From: Methanobacteriota archaeon
GTDB taxonomy: Archaea > Thermoplasmatota > Thermoplasmata > RBG-16-68-12
Assembly: GCA_020029475.1 (NCBI GenBank)
Contig: JAIBJG010000020.1
Span: 18,114 to 42,113, forward strand
DNA length: 24,000 nucleotides
Reading direction: 5' to 3'
Shown here: piece by piece, positions 16,788 through 24,000 of the stretch
How positions within the stretch are numbered: position 1 is the stretch's first letter
Layout: the number at the start of each line of letters is the position of its first letter
Program-made: the position numbers and the translations under genes
The notes under the pieces: generated by a model
The model's input: the letters and a program-made list of their open reading frames with translations, nothing else
Told to the model about the DNA's origin: nothing
Databases searched by the model: none

Positions 16788-17051
16788 CTACAGAATCGAG
16801 GGCGGGAGCGAACCGACGATGCTCGGGTCGATCACGTGGATGTTCGTGGACTTCTCGGCGACCTCGCCCACGGTCCCGCCCGCGATCGGGGAGCCGCCGG
16901 GGTACGTCGCGGTCATGATCCCCGCATCCTTCCCCTGACGCTTCGCGGCGAGGACGAACGCCTCCTGGAACAGCATCTCCTCGGGGACCTTCAGGGTCAC
17001 CGCGGGCTTGTCCGCCTCGGAGATGAAGATGAACCGGAGGGTGATCGCCAT
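16788..17051 (-). CDS. Ufm1-like ubiquitin-fold (beta-grasp) protein precursor, 87 aa
   Basis: ORF 16788..17060 (GTG); ATG 17051 is preferred. LKVPEEMLFQEAFVLAAKRQG resembles human UFM1 [27 protein letters not shown] resembles QTAGNV. The C-terminus IDPSIVG-SLPPSIL resembles IPRDRVG-SC. Its length matches UFM1 (85 aa). Confidence 0.7.
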   Translation of the reverse strand: MAITLRFIFISEADKPAVTLKVPEEMLFQEAFVLAAKRQGKDAGIMTATYPGGSPIAGGTVGEVAEKSTNIHVIDPSIVGSLPPSIL

Positions 17052-17087
17052 GGACGCCACTGGGCGCGCCCTCGAAACCCGTCCCCG

Positions 17088-17096
17088 CTTATTTAG
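17088..17096 (-). promoter_or_regulatory. TATA-like box (CTAAATAAG on the minus strand) upstream of the Ufm1-like gene
   Basis: It is the only AT-rich element in the 17061-17132 gap. It lies about 32-41 nt upstream of the candidate starts, implying a dedicated promoter for the cassette. Confidence 0.45.
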
Positions 17097-17132
17097 ACGT
17101 TCCCTCGCGGTTCCCTGCGGCGATTCCGTCCC

Positions 17133-17480
17133 TCAATACGGCGTGAGGCTCGGGTCCACGCGCTGGATCCACGCGTCGATCCCGCCCTCGAGGTTCTTCG
17201 CTTTCGGGAAGCCGAGCCGCCTCAGGTAGAAGACGGCCTGCTCGGAGCGGGAGCCCATCTTGCAGTACGCGACGACCTCCGCCTTCGGGTCGAGCTCACG
17301 GGCCCGCTGCGGGAGCGTCATCAGGGGGATCAGGGTCGCGCCCTCGATCCGGTTCACGGCCCACTCGTCCGGCTCCCGCACATCGAGGAGGACGACCGCA
17401 TCCCCCCGATCGAGCTTCGCCTTCAGCTCCTCCGGGGTGATCGTGAAGGACTCGCCGGTTCCCCGCCTAGACCAGGTCAA
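17133..17480 (-). CDS. Single-domain rhodanese sulfurtransferase
   Basis: 115 aa with LLDVREPDEW and an active-site loop AYCKMGSRS containing Cys. The only in-frame start is TTG 17480, which overlaps the upstream JAMM gene by 14 nt. Confidence 0.85.
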   Translation of the reverse strand: MTWSRRGTGESFTITPEELKAKLDRGDAVVLLDVREPDEWAVNRIEGATLIPLMTLPQRARELDPKAEVVAYCKMGSRSEQAVFYLRRLGFPKAKNLEGGIDAWIQRVDPSLTPY

Positions 17481-17940
17481 TCTCCACCTCCGTGAACGCC
17501 CGCCTCCCGTCGCGGTCGTCGAGGCTCCAGGCCCGGAGGTCGACGGGCTTCCCCTTCTCCACCGCGACGACCACGTACGTGTACCAGGTGAACCCGCGGT
17601 CCACGTCGATCGCGGACGGCCGCGCGGGATGGTCAGGATGGGAATGGAAGAACCCGAGGATCTCGCGCCCGGACCCGGAGAGCTCCTTCGTCAGCCGCAG
17701 GGTCTCCGCGGGGTCCACTCGGTATCGGACGTCGCGGTCCTCCGTCTCGACGTTGCGCGTCGGTCGGAACTCGTCGATCCGACGCGGCGTCGCGTCCGGC
17801 CCCAGGAGATACCCGCACCCCTCCTCGGGGTACGTCTCCTTCCCGTGGCGCTTCATCGCGTCGACGACCGCCTTCGTGATCTGGACCGCGCCTTCGATTG
17901 GTGCGACCCCGGCGGAGCCCTTTGACGCGTCGACCTTCAT
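17467..17940 (-). CDS. Small stand-alone JAMM/MPN+ metallopeptidase (Mec+/CysO-hydrolase-like size class)
   Basis: 157 aa. Glu in PEEGCGYLLG, then GFFHSHPDHPARPSAID (HxH...SxxD). Confidence 0.85.
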   Translation of the reverse strand: MKVDASKGSAGVAPIEGAVQITKAVVDAMKRHGKETYPEEGCGYLLGPDATPRRIDEFRPTRNVETEDRDVRYRVDPAETLRLTKELSGSGREILGFFHSHPDHPARPSAIDVDRGFTWYTYVVVAVEKGKPVDLRAWSLDDRDGRRAFTEVEIDLV

Positions 17941-17977
17941 CCCGTCCCTCCCATGCTCCCGAGGTCTCGCAAGGACC

Positions 17978-19225
17978 TCACGCGAAGACGTCCAGCACCT
18001 TCCGGAGGCCCGCCGCCAGGCGGTCCGCTTCCTCGGGCGTGTTGTACACGTAGAACGACGCCCGCGCGGTCGCGGGGACGTTCAACCGCTCCATGAGGGG
18101 CTGCGCGCAGTGGTGGCCGGAGCGGATCGCGATCCCCTCCACGTCCAAGATCGAGGCGATGTCGTGCGGGTGGACGTCGCCCAGGGTGAACGAGATCACG
18201 CCCCCGCGGCGGGAGGCGTCCTTCAGGCCGAACCCGTGGAACCCCTTCACGTCGGAGAGCGCGTCGAGGGCGTACTCCGTGAGCTCGACCTCGTGCTGCC
18301 GTACGTTGTCCATCCCGATCTTGTTCAGGTAGTCCACGGCGACCCCGAGCCCGATCGCCCCCGCCATGTTCGGGGTGCCGCCCTCGAACTTGAACGGGAC
18401 GTCGTTCCACTTCGCGATCCCGAGGTGGACCTCCCGGATCATCTCCCCCCCGCCCATCAGGGGCTCCATCTCCTGGAGCCGCTCCTCTTTCCCGTAGAGG
18501 ACCCCAATCCCCGTGGGCCCGAGCATCTTGTGCCCGCTGAACGCGAGGAAGTCGCAGTCGATCTTCTGGACGTCCACGGGCATGTGGGGGACGCTCTGGG
18601 CCGCGTCCACGACGCAGATCGCGCCGACCTCGTGGGCCCGCTTCGCGATCTCCTGGACGGGGTTGATCGTCCCGAGGACGTTTGAGCACTGGGTCACGGT
18701 GACGACCTTCGTCCGCTTCGTGATCATCGTGTCGTAGTCCTCCATCTTCAGGGCGCCGTCGTCGCTCATCCCGACCCACTTCATCTTCACGCCCTTCGCG
18801 TCCTGGACGAAGAACCACGGGACGTGGTTCGAGTGGTGCTCCATCACCGTGGAGACGATCTCGTCCCCCTCCCGGAGCTTCCCCTTGATCCCCCAGCCGT
18901 AAGCGATCGTGTTGATGCTCTCCGTCGTGGACTTCGTGAACGCGACCTCGTTCGGGGACCGGGCGTGGATGAACTGGGCGATCTTCTCCCGCGCGCCCTC
19001 GTACGCGCGCGTCGCCTCCTCCCCGAGCTCGTAGATCGCCCGGTGGACGTTCGCGTTGTACCGGCTGTAGAAGTCCGAGACGGAGTCGATCACGGCCTGC
19101 GGTTTCTGCGAGGTCGCCGCGCTGTCGAGGTACACGAGAGGCTTGCCGCGGACCGTGCGCGAGAGGATCGGGAAGTCCGCCCGGATCTTCTCGACGTTCA
19201 TCAGAAGCTTCGTCTTCGAGACCAT
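17978..19225 (-). CDS. sufS: Cysteine desulfurase SufS (class II aminotransferase V)
   Basis: 415 aa. PLP lysine in FSGHKMLGPTGIGVLYG and catalytic Cys loop RSGHHCAQP. Confidence 0.93.
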   Translation of the reverse strand: MVSKTKLLMNVEKIRADFPILSRTVRGKPLVYLDSAATSQKPQAVIDSVSDFYSRYNANVHRAIYELGEEATRAYEGAREKIAQFIHARSPNEVAFTKSTTESINTIAYGWGIKGKLREGDEIVSTVMEHHSNHVPWFFVQDAKGVKMKWVGMSDDGALKMEDYDTMITKRTKVVTVTQCSNVLGTINPVQEIAKRAHEVGAICVVDAAQSVPHMPVDVQKIDCDFLAFSGHKMLGPTGIGVLYGKEERLQEMEPLMGGGEMIREVHLGIAKWNDVPFKFEGGTPNMAGAIGLGVAVDYLNKIGMDNVRQHEVELTEYALDALSDVKGFHGFGLKDASRRGGVISFTLGDVHPHDIASILDVEGIAIRSGHHCAQPLMERLNVPATARASFYVYNTPEEADRLAAGLRKVLDVFA

Positions 19226-19307
19226 GGCCTCCCCTACCCGAGCGGGTTCCGCGATACGGCTCCCACCCCTTTAATCCTGCGACATGAGCGTCGTGACATC
19301 GATCTCC

Positions 19308-19748
19308 TCACTCCATGGAGATGCTCCCCTTCGATTCGAGGGCGGCCTTCAGGGTGTGCCACGAGAGGCTCGCGCACTTCACCCGGATCGGGAACTCCGA
19401 GACGCCTTGGAACACGGCGAGCTTCCCGAGGGAGTCCGGGTCCGCCTCCTTCCCCATCACGAGGTCGTGGAAGCGGTCGAAGAGGTGCTCCGCCTCGTCC
19501 TCCGTCTTCCCCTTCACGGCCTGGGTCATCATCGACGCGGATGACTTCGAGATCGCGCACCCCTGACCCTCGAAGGCGACATCCGCGATCCGGTCCCCCT
19601 CCATCCGGAGGTACACCGTGAACTGGTCCCCGCACAGCGGGTTCCGCCCGAGGGCGGTGCGGTCCGCGGGCTCGAGCTTGTGGAAGTTCCGCGGGTTCTT
19701 GCTGTGGTCCAGGATCTGCTCCTGGTACAGCGCCTTCAGGTCCGCCAT
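19308..19748 (-). CDS. sufU: SufU-type Zn-dependent sulfurtransferase / Fe-S scaffold-like protein
   Basis: Within ORF 19308..19976; the start is ATG 19748 (MADLKALYQEQILDHSKNPRN). The ligand residues are present: NPLCGD, GQGCAIS and RVKCASLSW. A long insert lies between the 2nd and 3rd Cys, as in SufU rather than IscU. Confidence 0.88.
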   Translation of the reverse strand: MADLKALYQEQILDHSKNPRNFHKLEPADRTALGRNPLCGDQFTVYLRMEGDRIADVAFEGQGCAISKSSASMMTQAVKGKTEDEAEHLFDRFHDLVMGKEADPDSLGKLAVFQGVSEFPIRVKCASLSWHTLKAALESKGSISME

Positions 19749-19797
19749 CAGCGCGCCTCCGTCCGACCAGACGCGATGGAGGCATCCCGCGGGACGT

Positions 19798-21153
19798 TCA
19801 TAAGGCCTCCCGCACCGCCTCGCTGTTCGGGAGGCGGGAGAGCAGGAGGACGCCAAGGGTCGCCCGCATCGCGGGGACCCGGACGAGGTCCACGACCTCG
19901 CGGGCGAAGGCGTACGTGAGGATCGCCCTCGCGGTCTCCGCGTCGATCCCCCGGGACCGAAGGTAGAACACGGCATCCTCGTCGATTTGGCCCGTCGTCG
20001 ACCCGTGTTTGCACTTCACGTCGTTCGCGTAGATCTGGAGACCGGGGATGCTGTCCACGAGCGCCTCCTTCGAGAGGAGGAGGTTCTTGTTCGTCTGGGT
20101 CGCGTTCGTCTTCTGGGCGCCCGGATGGACGATGATGTTCCCGTAGAACACGCCCCGCGCGCGGCCGTCCAGGATCCCCTTGTACAGCTCCCGGCTCGTG
20201 CACTGCGGGGTGAGGTGGTCGATCCTCGTGTGGTTGTCCACGTGCTGGTTTCCCGTGACGGAGTACAGGCCGTTCATCGCGAGCTCCCCGCCCTCCGCCG
20301 TGAACCGCTGGTTCACGTCGTTCCGCACGAGGCCCCCGCCTAGGGAGAACGAGCTGTCGGAGACGTTCGTCCCGCGGCCCTGCTCGATCTCCAGGGTCGC
20401 CAGGTGGAACGCCCGCTCGCTCTCCCGCTGGAGCTTGTAGTGGTCGAGGACGCCGCCTCCCTTCACGATCGCCTCCGTGACCGCGTTCGTCAGGTAGACG
20501 CCCGCATCGAGGCCCGCGTAGCTCTCCGTGACCGTCACCTGCCCGCCATCCTCGACGACGATCAGGTTCCGGGGATGCGCGACGGCGGGCTCCCGCTGCG
20601 CGGTGGAGACGAACAGGAGGTGGATCGGCTCCTCGACGACCTTCCCCCGGGAGACGTGGATGAACGCCCCGTCCTGGAGGAACGCCGTGTTCAGGGCGGT
20701 GAACGGGTTCGCGTCGAACCGGGCGATCCTCGAAAGGTACGGCTCGAGCTCCGTCGGGTCCTCCCGCAGGGCCTCCGCGAGGCTCCCCACCTGGACCCCG
20801 GCGGGGATGTTCCGCAGAGAAGAGAGCCGCTTCGAGTAGCGGCCGTTCACGAAGACGAGTTCGCTCCCCTCGAACTTCCCGAACACGACCGGCTCCAGTC
20901 TCTCCGCGGACAGGCCGTCCCCGGGGATCGTCACGGCGGGCGTGAACCGTCCCCTCGCGATCGGTTGGATGTTCGTGTACTTCCACATCTCGTGCTTCTG
21001 GGTGGGGAACCCGAGCTCGCGGAACTGCGCGAGGGCCTTCCTCCGCGTCTCTTGGAGCCAGCGGGGGTCGCCCGCGAAGTGCTCCCGCTCCAGGGCCTTG
21101 AAGTCCGACAGATAGGGTTCGCGGGGGTCCGCGACGTCCGGCACGGCCACCAC
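19798..21153 (-). CDS. sufD: Fe-S cluster assembly protein SufD
   Basis: 451 aa with SufB/SufD beta-helix family sequence (EMWKYTNI, NHTRIDH, GILDGRARGVFYGNIIV, NKNLLLS). It lies directly after sufC. Confidence 0.9.
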   Translation of the reverse strand: MVAVPDVADPREPYLSDFKALEREHFAGDPRWLQETRRKALAQFRELGFPTQKHEMWKYTNIQPIARGRFTPAVTIPGDGLSAERLEPVVFGKFEGSELVFVNGRYSKRLSSLRNIPAGVQVGSLAEALREDPTELEPYLSRIARFDANPFTALNTAFLQDGAFIHVSRGKVVEEPIHLLFVSTAQREPAVAHPRNLIVVEDGGQVTVTESYAGLDAGVYLTNAVTEAIVKGGGVLDHYKLQRESERAFHLATLEIEQGRGTNVSDSSFSLGGGLVRNDVNQRFTAEGGELAMNGLYSVTGNQHVDNHTRIDHLTPQCTSRELYKGILDGRARGVFYGNIIVHPGAQKTNATQTNKNLLLSKEALVDSIPGLQIYANDVKCKHGSTTGQIDEDAVFYLRSRGIDAETARAILTYAFAREVVDLVRVPAMRATLGVLLLSRLPNSEAVREAL

Positions 21154-21156
21154 CGC

Positions 21157-21933
21157 CTACGGCCCCGCCGCCACGGGCCCGGGGGCGGCCTCGTCGACCC
21201 AGCTGTACCCGCGCTTCTCCAGCTCGAGGGCGAGCTCCCGCCCTCCCGACTTCGCGATCCGCCCGTTCACGAGGACATGGACGAAATCCGGGGTGATGTA
21301 GTTCAGGATCCGCTGGTAGTGGGTGACGACGACGATCGCGCGGTCCTTCGCGCGCATCGTGTTCACGCCGTTCGCGACGACCCGGAGGGCGTCGATGTCG
21401 AGCCCGGAGTCCGTCTCGTCGAGGACCGCGAGGCGGGGCTCGAGCACCGCCATCTGGAAGATCTCGTTCCGCTTCTTCTCCCCGCCCGAGAAGCCGTCGT
21501 TCAGGGAGCGGCCGAGGAAGCTCTCCTCGAGCCCGAGGAGCTTCATCTTCTCCGTCACGAGGCTCATGAAGTCCATCGCGTCGAGCTCTTCCTCCCCGCG
21601 GTGCCGCCGGATCGAGTTCAGCGCGGACTTCAGGAAGTACGCGTTGCCGACGCCGGGAATCTCCACGGGGTACTGGAACGCGAGGAAGAGCCCTTCCCGG
21701 GCCCGGAGCTCCGGCTTCATCGCGAGGAGGTCCTTCCCGTCGTACCGCACGGTCCCGCCTGTGACCTCATAGTTGATGCGACCCGCCAACACGTTGGCGA
21801 GGGTGCTCTTCCCGGAGCCGTTCGGGCCCATGATCGCATGGACTTCGCCGACGTTCACGGTGAGGTCGACCCCCCTCAGAATCTCCTTGTCGCCGACCTT
21901 CGCGCGCAGTCCCTTGATCTCGAGCAGTGCCAT
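21157..21933 (-). CDS. sufC: Fe-S cluster assembly ATPase SufC
   Basis: C-terminal 258 codons of ORF 21157..22692; the start is ATG 21933 (MALLEIKGL). Walker A is GPNGSGKST, the ABC signature is FSGGEKKR and Walker B is LAVLDETDSGLD. A GGAGGAGAG Shine-Dalgarno-like run lies just upstream. Confidence 0.95.
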   Translation of the reverse strand: MALLEIKGLRAKVGDKEILRGVDLTVNVGEVHAIMGPNGSGKSTLANVLAGRINYEVTGGTVRYDGKDLLAMKPELRAREGLFLAFQYPVEIPGVGNAYFLKSALNSIRRHRGEEELDAMDFMSLVTEKMKLLGLEESFLGRSLNDGFSGGEKKRNEIFQMAVLEPRLAVLDETDSGLDIDALRVVANGVNTMRAKDRAIVVVTHYQRILNYITPDFVHVLVNGRIAKSGGRELALELEKRGYSWVDEAAPGPVAAGP

Positions 21934-21953
21934 CTCTCCTCCCTCCGGTGGGC

Positions 21954-23402
21954 TCAGCCGACGGTCCCCTCGAGGTTCAGGCTCACCGCGAGCAGCTTCT
22001 GCGCCTCCACGGCGAACTCCATCGGCAGGTTCAGGAACACCTTCTTGCAGAAGCCGTTCACGATCATGTTCGTCGCGTCCTCCGGGGTGATCCCGCGCTG
22101 CTGGCAGTAGAAGAGCTGGTCGTCCCCGATCTTCGAGGTCGACGCCTCGTGCTCGAGCTGCGCCGTGGGCTCGTTCACCTCGATGTCCGGGAACGTGTGG
22201 GCCCCGCACTTGTCCCCGATGAGGAGGGAGTCGCACTGGGAGTAGTTCCGGGCGTTCACCGCGCCCTTGTGGATCTGGACCCGCCCCCGGTACGTGTTCT
22301 GGCCGTGGCCTGCGCTGATCCCCTTCGAGATGATTGTGCTCTTCGTGTTCTTCCCGATGTGGAGCATCTTCGTGCCCGTGTCCGCCTGCTGGCGGTTGTT
22401 CACGACCGCGACGGAGTAGAACTCGCCGACCGAGTTGTCCCCCTGGAGGATGCAGCTCGGATACTTCCAGGTGATCGCGCTCCCCGTCTCGACCTGGGTC
22501 CACGAGATCTTGGAGTTCCGTCCGAGCGCCTTCCCGCGCTTCGTGACGAAGTTGTAGATCCCGCCCTTCCCGTCCTTGTCGCCCGGGTACCAGTTCTGGA
22601 TCGTGGAGTACTTCACCTCGCCGTCGTCCAGGGCGATCAGCTCGACGACCGCGGCGTGGAGCTGGTTCTCGTCCCGCGCAGGTGCAGTGCATCCCTCGAG
22701 ATATGATACATATGCACCCTTATCCGCAATAATCAGGGTGCGTTCGAACTGCCCAGTGTTCGCCGCGTTGATCCGGAAGTACGTGGACAGCTCCATCGGA
22801 CACCGCACGCCCGGCGGGATGTATGCGAAGGACCCGTCGCTGAAGACCGCGGAGTTCAGGGCCGCGAAGAAGTTGTCGTTGAACGGCACCACGGTGCCGA
22901 GCCACTTCCGGACGAGGTCCGGGTGCTCCTTCACTGCGTCCGAGAACGAGGAGAAGATGATCCCGAGCTCATTCAGTTTCTCCTTGAACGTCGTCGCGAC
23001 GGAGACGCTGTCGAAGACCGCGTCCACGGCGACCCCCGCGAGCGCGGCCCGCTCCTGGAGGGGGATGCCGAGCTTCTCGTACATCGCCTTGATCTCCGGG
23101 TCCACCTCGTTGTAGTTCGCGGGCTTCTTCTTCGGGGCCGCGTAGTAGTACGTGTCCTGGTAGTCGATCGGGCCATAGTGGATGTTCGCCCACTTCGGCT
23201 CCTTCATCGTGAGCCAGTGCCGGTACGCGCGGAGCCGCCAGTCAAGGAGCCACCCCGGCTCGCCCTTCTTTTCGGAGATGTACCGCACGATGTCCTCGCT
23301 CAGACCCTTCGGGGCGAACTCCTCCTCGATGTCCGTGACGAACCCGTGCTTGTACTCCTGTGGAGCGGAGTACTTCTCCTCGAGTTCCGCCTTCGTGACC
23401 AT
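21954..23402 (-). CDS. sufB: Fe-S cluster assembly scaffold SufB
   Basis: 482 aa with canonical SufB sequence ([53 protein letters not shown]). Confidence 0.95.
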   Translation of the reverse strand: MVTKAELEEKYSAPQEYKHGFVTDIEEEFAPKGLSEDIVRYISEKKGEPGWLLDWRLRAYRHWLTMKEPKWANIHYGPIDYQDTYYYAAPKKKPANYNEVDPEIKAMYEKLGIPLQERAALAGVAVDAVFDSVSVATTFKEKLNELGIIFSSFSDAVKEHPDLVRKWLGTVVPFNDNFFAALNSAVFSDGSFAYIPPGVRCPMELSTYFRINAANTGQFERTLIIADKGAYVSYLEGCTAPARDENQLHAAVVELIALDDGEVKYSTIQNWYPGDKDGKGGIYNFVTKRGKALGRNSKISWTQVETGSAITWKYPSCILQGDNSVGEFYSVAVVNNRQQADTGTKMLHIGKNTKSTIISKGISAGHGQNTYRGRVQIHKGAVNARNYSQCDSLLIGDKCGAHTFPDIEVNEPTAQLEHEASTSKIGDDQLFYCQQRGITPEDATNMIVNGFCKKVFLNLPMEFAVEAQKLLAVSLNLEGTVG

Positions 23403-23459
23403 GATGTGCGCTCCGAACGCGAGGGCTTAGAAATCCCTTCGCCCCGCGACACTCATTCC

Positions 23460-23480
23460 TATATAACCGCGTTATAAATA
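23460..23480. promoter_or_regulatory. Back-to-back TATA elements forming a palindrome (TATAAC-CGC-GTTATA within TATATAACCGCGTTATAAATA)
   Basis: Read directly. It sits in the divergent region between sufB (minus) and the next plus-strand gene. Confidence 0.4.
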
Positions 23481-23591
23481 GCTTCTGTCGCGGCTCTCCA
23501 GATGGGAACGAAGTCCTCACGGGAACCTTGGCGGGGAGGGGGAGTGTAAAGGATAAAGGACGCGCCGGACATCCCGCGGCGGTTGAGAGGG

Positions 23592-24000
23592 TTGGCCGCA
23601 ACATCGTGTCCCGGATGCGGCGCGCCCCTGCAGTGGGTCGCGCAGTACAGTCAATGGTGGTGTGCGAAGGAACAGAAGTACTACCCGCCGGGGGGAGCCC
23701 CAGTGGCCCCGCAAGTCGCGGCACCCGCGCAGACGGCCGCGCCCGCGACGGCCCAGGCGGTCCCCTCCCTCTGGAACCTGAACTTCTACCGGATCCGGAA
23801 GAAGGTGCTCGCGATCACGGGCCAGTACTGGGTCGAGGACCAGGCCGGGACCCACCTCGCGTACAGCAAGCAGAAGCTCCTCCGGCTGAAGGAGGACATC
23901 CGCGTGTACACGGACGAGAGCATGGCGCGGGAGCTGTTCCAGATCCGGCAGACCCAGATCCTCGACATCTGGGGGACGTTCGCGATCGTGGACTCGGCGA
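23592..24000 (+). CDS. Zinc-ribbon plus LURP-one-related/scramblase-like (Tubby-C-like) protein, N-terminal part (runs off the window)
   Basis: Not in the track because it is truncated at the edge. My translation reads ...SCPGCGAPLQWVAQYSQWWCAKEQKYY..., then a Pro/Ala linker, then NLNFYRIRKKVLAITGQYWVEDQAGTHLAYSKQKLLRLKEDIRVYTDESMARELFQIRQTQILDIWGTFAIVD. The frame opens at 23550 and contains only TTG starts (23583 or 23592), so the start is uncertain. Confidence 0.55.
   Translation, partial: MAATSCPGCGAPLQWVAQYSQWWCAKEQKYYPPGGAPVAPQVAAPAQTAAPATAQAVPSLWNLNFYRIRKKVLAITGQYWVEDQAGTHLAYSKQKLLRLKEDIRVYTDESMARELFQIRQTQILDIWGTFAIVDSA

Noticed and set aside
14537-17051. Interpreting the Ubl-E2-E1-JAB cassette as a SAMP/UbaA system or as a Bil/CBASS-type antiviral module
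   Set aside because: SAMP systems lack an E2 and end in GG. There is no CD-NTase, effector or other defence gene nearby, and the flanks are housekeeping genes. The E1, E2 and Ubl show UBA5-, UFC1- and UFM1-specific strings. A defence role is not formally excluded without phylogeny.
17492-22706. Alternate-frame ORFs across the suf/JAMM region (17492..18685 +, 17937..18818 -, 19748..20986 -, 20404..22110 +, 21927..22706 +, and the N-terminal part of 21157..22692)
   Set aside because: They overlap sufS, sufD, sufC and sufB, which have canonical motifs. The alternates are R/P/G/E/D-rich with no recognisable domains.

Overview
High-G+C archaeal chromosomal segment. Archaeal markers are aRF1, archaeal-type UMP kinase, a ThiD-ThiN fusion, and TATA-like boxes about 25-30 nt upstream of start codons. 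I support about 28 protein-coding genes. I saw no rRNA, tRNA, CRISPR array or IS element. Most genes are housekeeping: thiDN, thpR, pyrH, aRF1-argS, pcm, an ArsB/NhaD-type permease, a 1163-aa sequon-rich surface protein, and sufBCD-sufU-sufS. The standout is a tightly coupled minus-strand cassette (17051 down to 14537). It encodes a Ufm1-like ubiquitin-fold protein whose Val-Gly is followed by a 7-residue tail. It also encodes a Ufc1-like E2, a Uba5-like E1 and a JAMM/MPN peptidase with a long uncharacterised C-terminal domain. This looks like a prokaryotic UFMylation-type conjugation system. Directly upstream on the same strand lie a second small JAMM peptidase, a rhodanese and the SufS/SufU sulfur-mobilisation genes, which suggests a link to sulfur-carrier chemistry. 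Secondary curiosities are two copies of a 22-24 bp palindrome bracketing a small Arg-rich ORF upstream of aRF1, an unlisted 57-codon ORF, a triple zinc-ribbon protein, and palindromic bidirectional TATA elements. All homology statements come from by-eye motif recognition and comparison with sequences recalled from memory. No searches were run.
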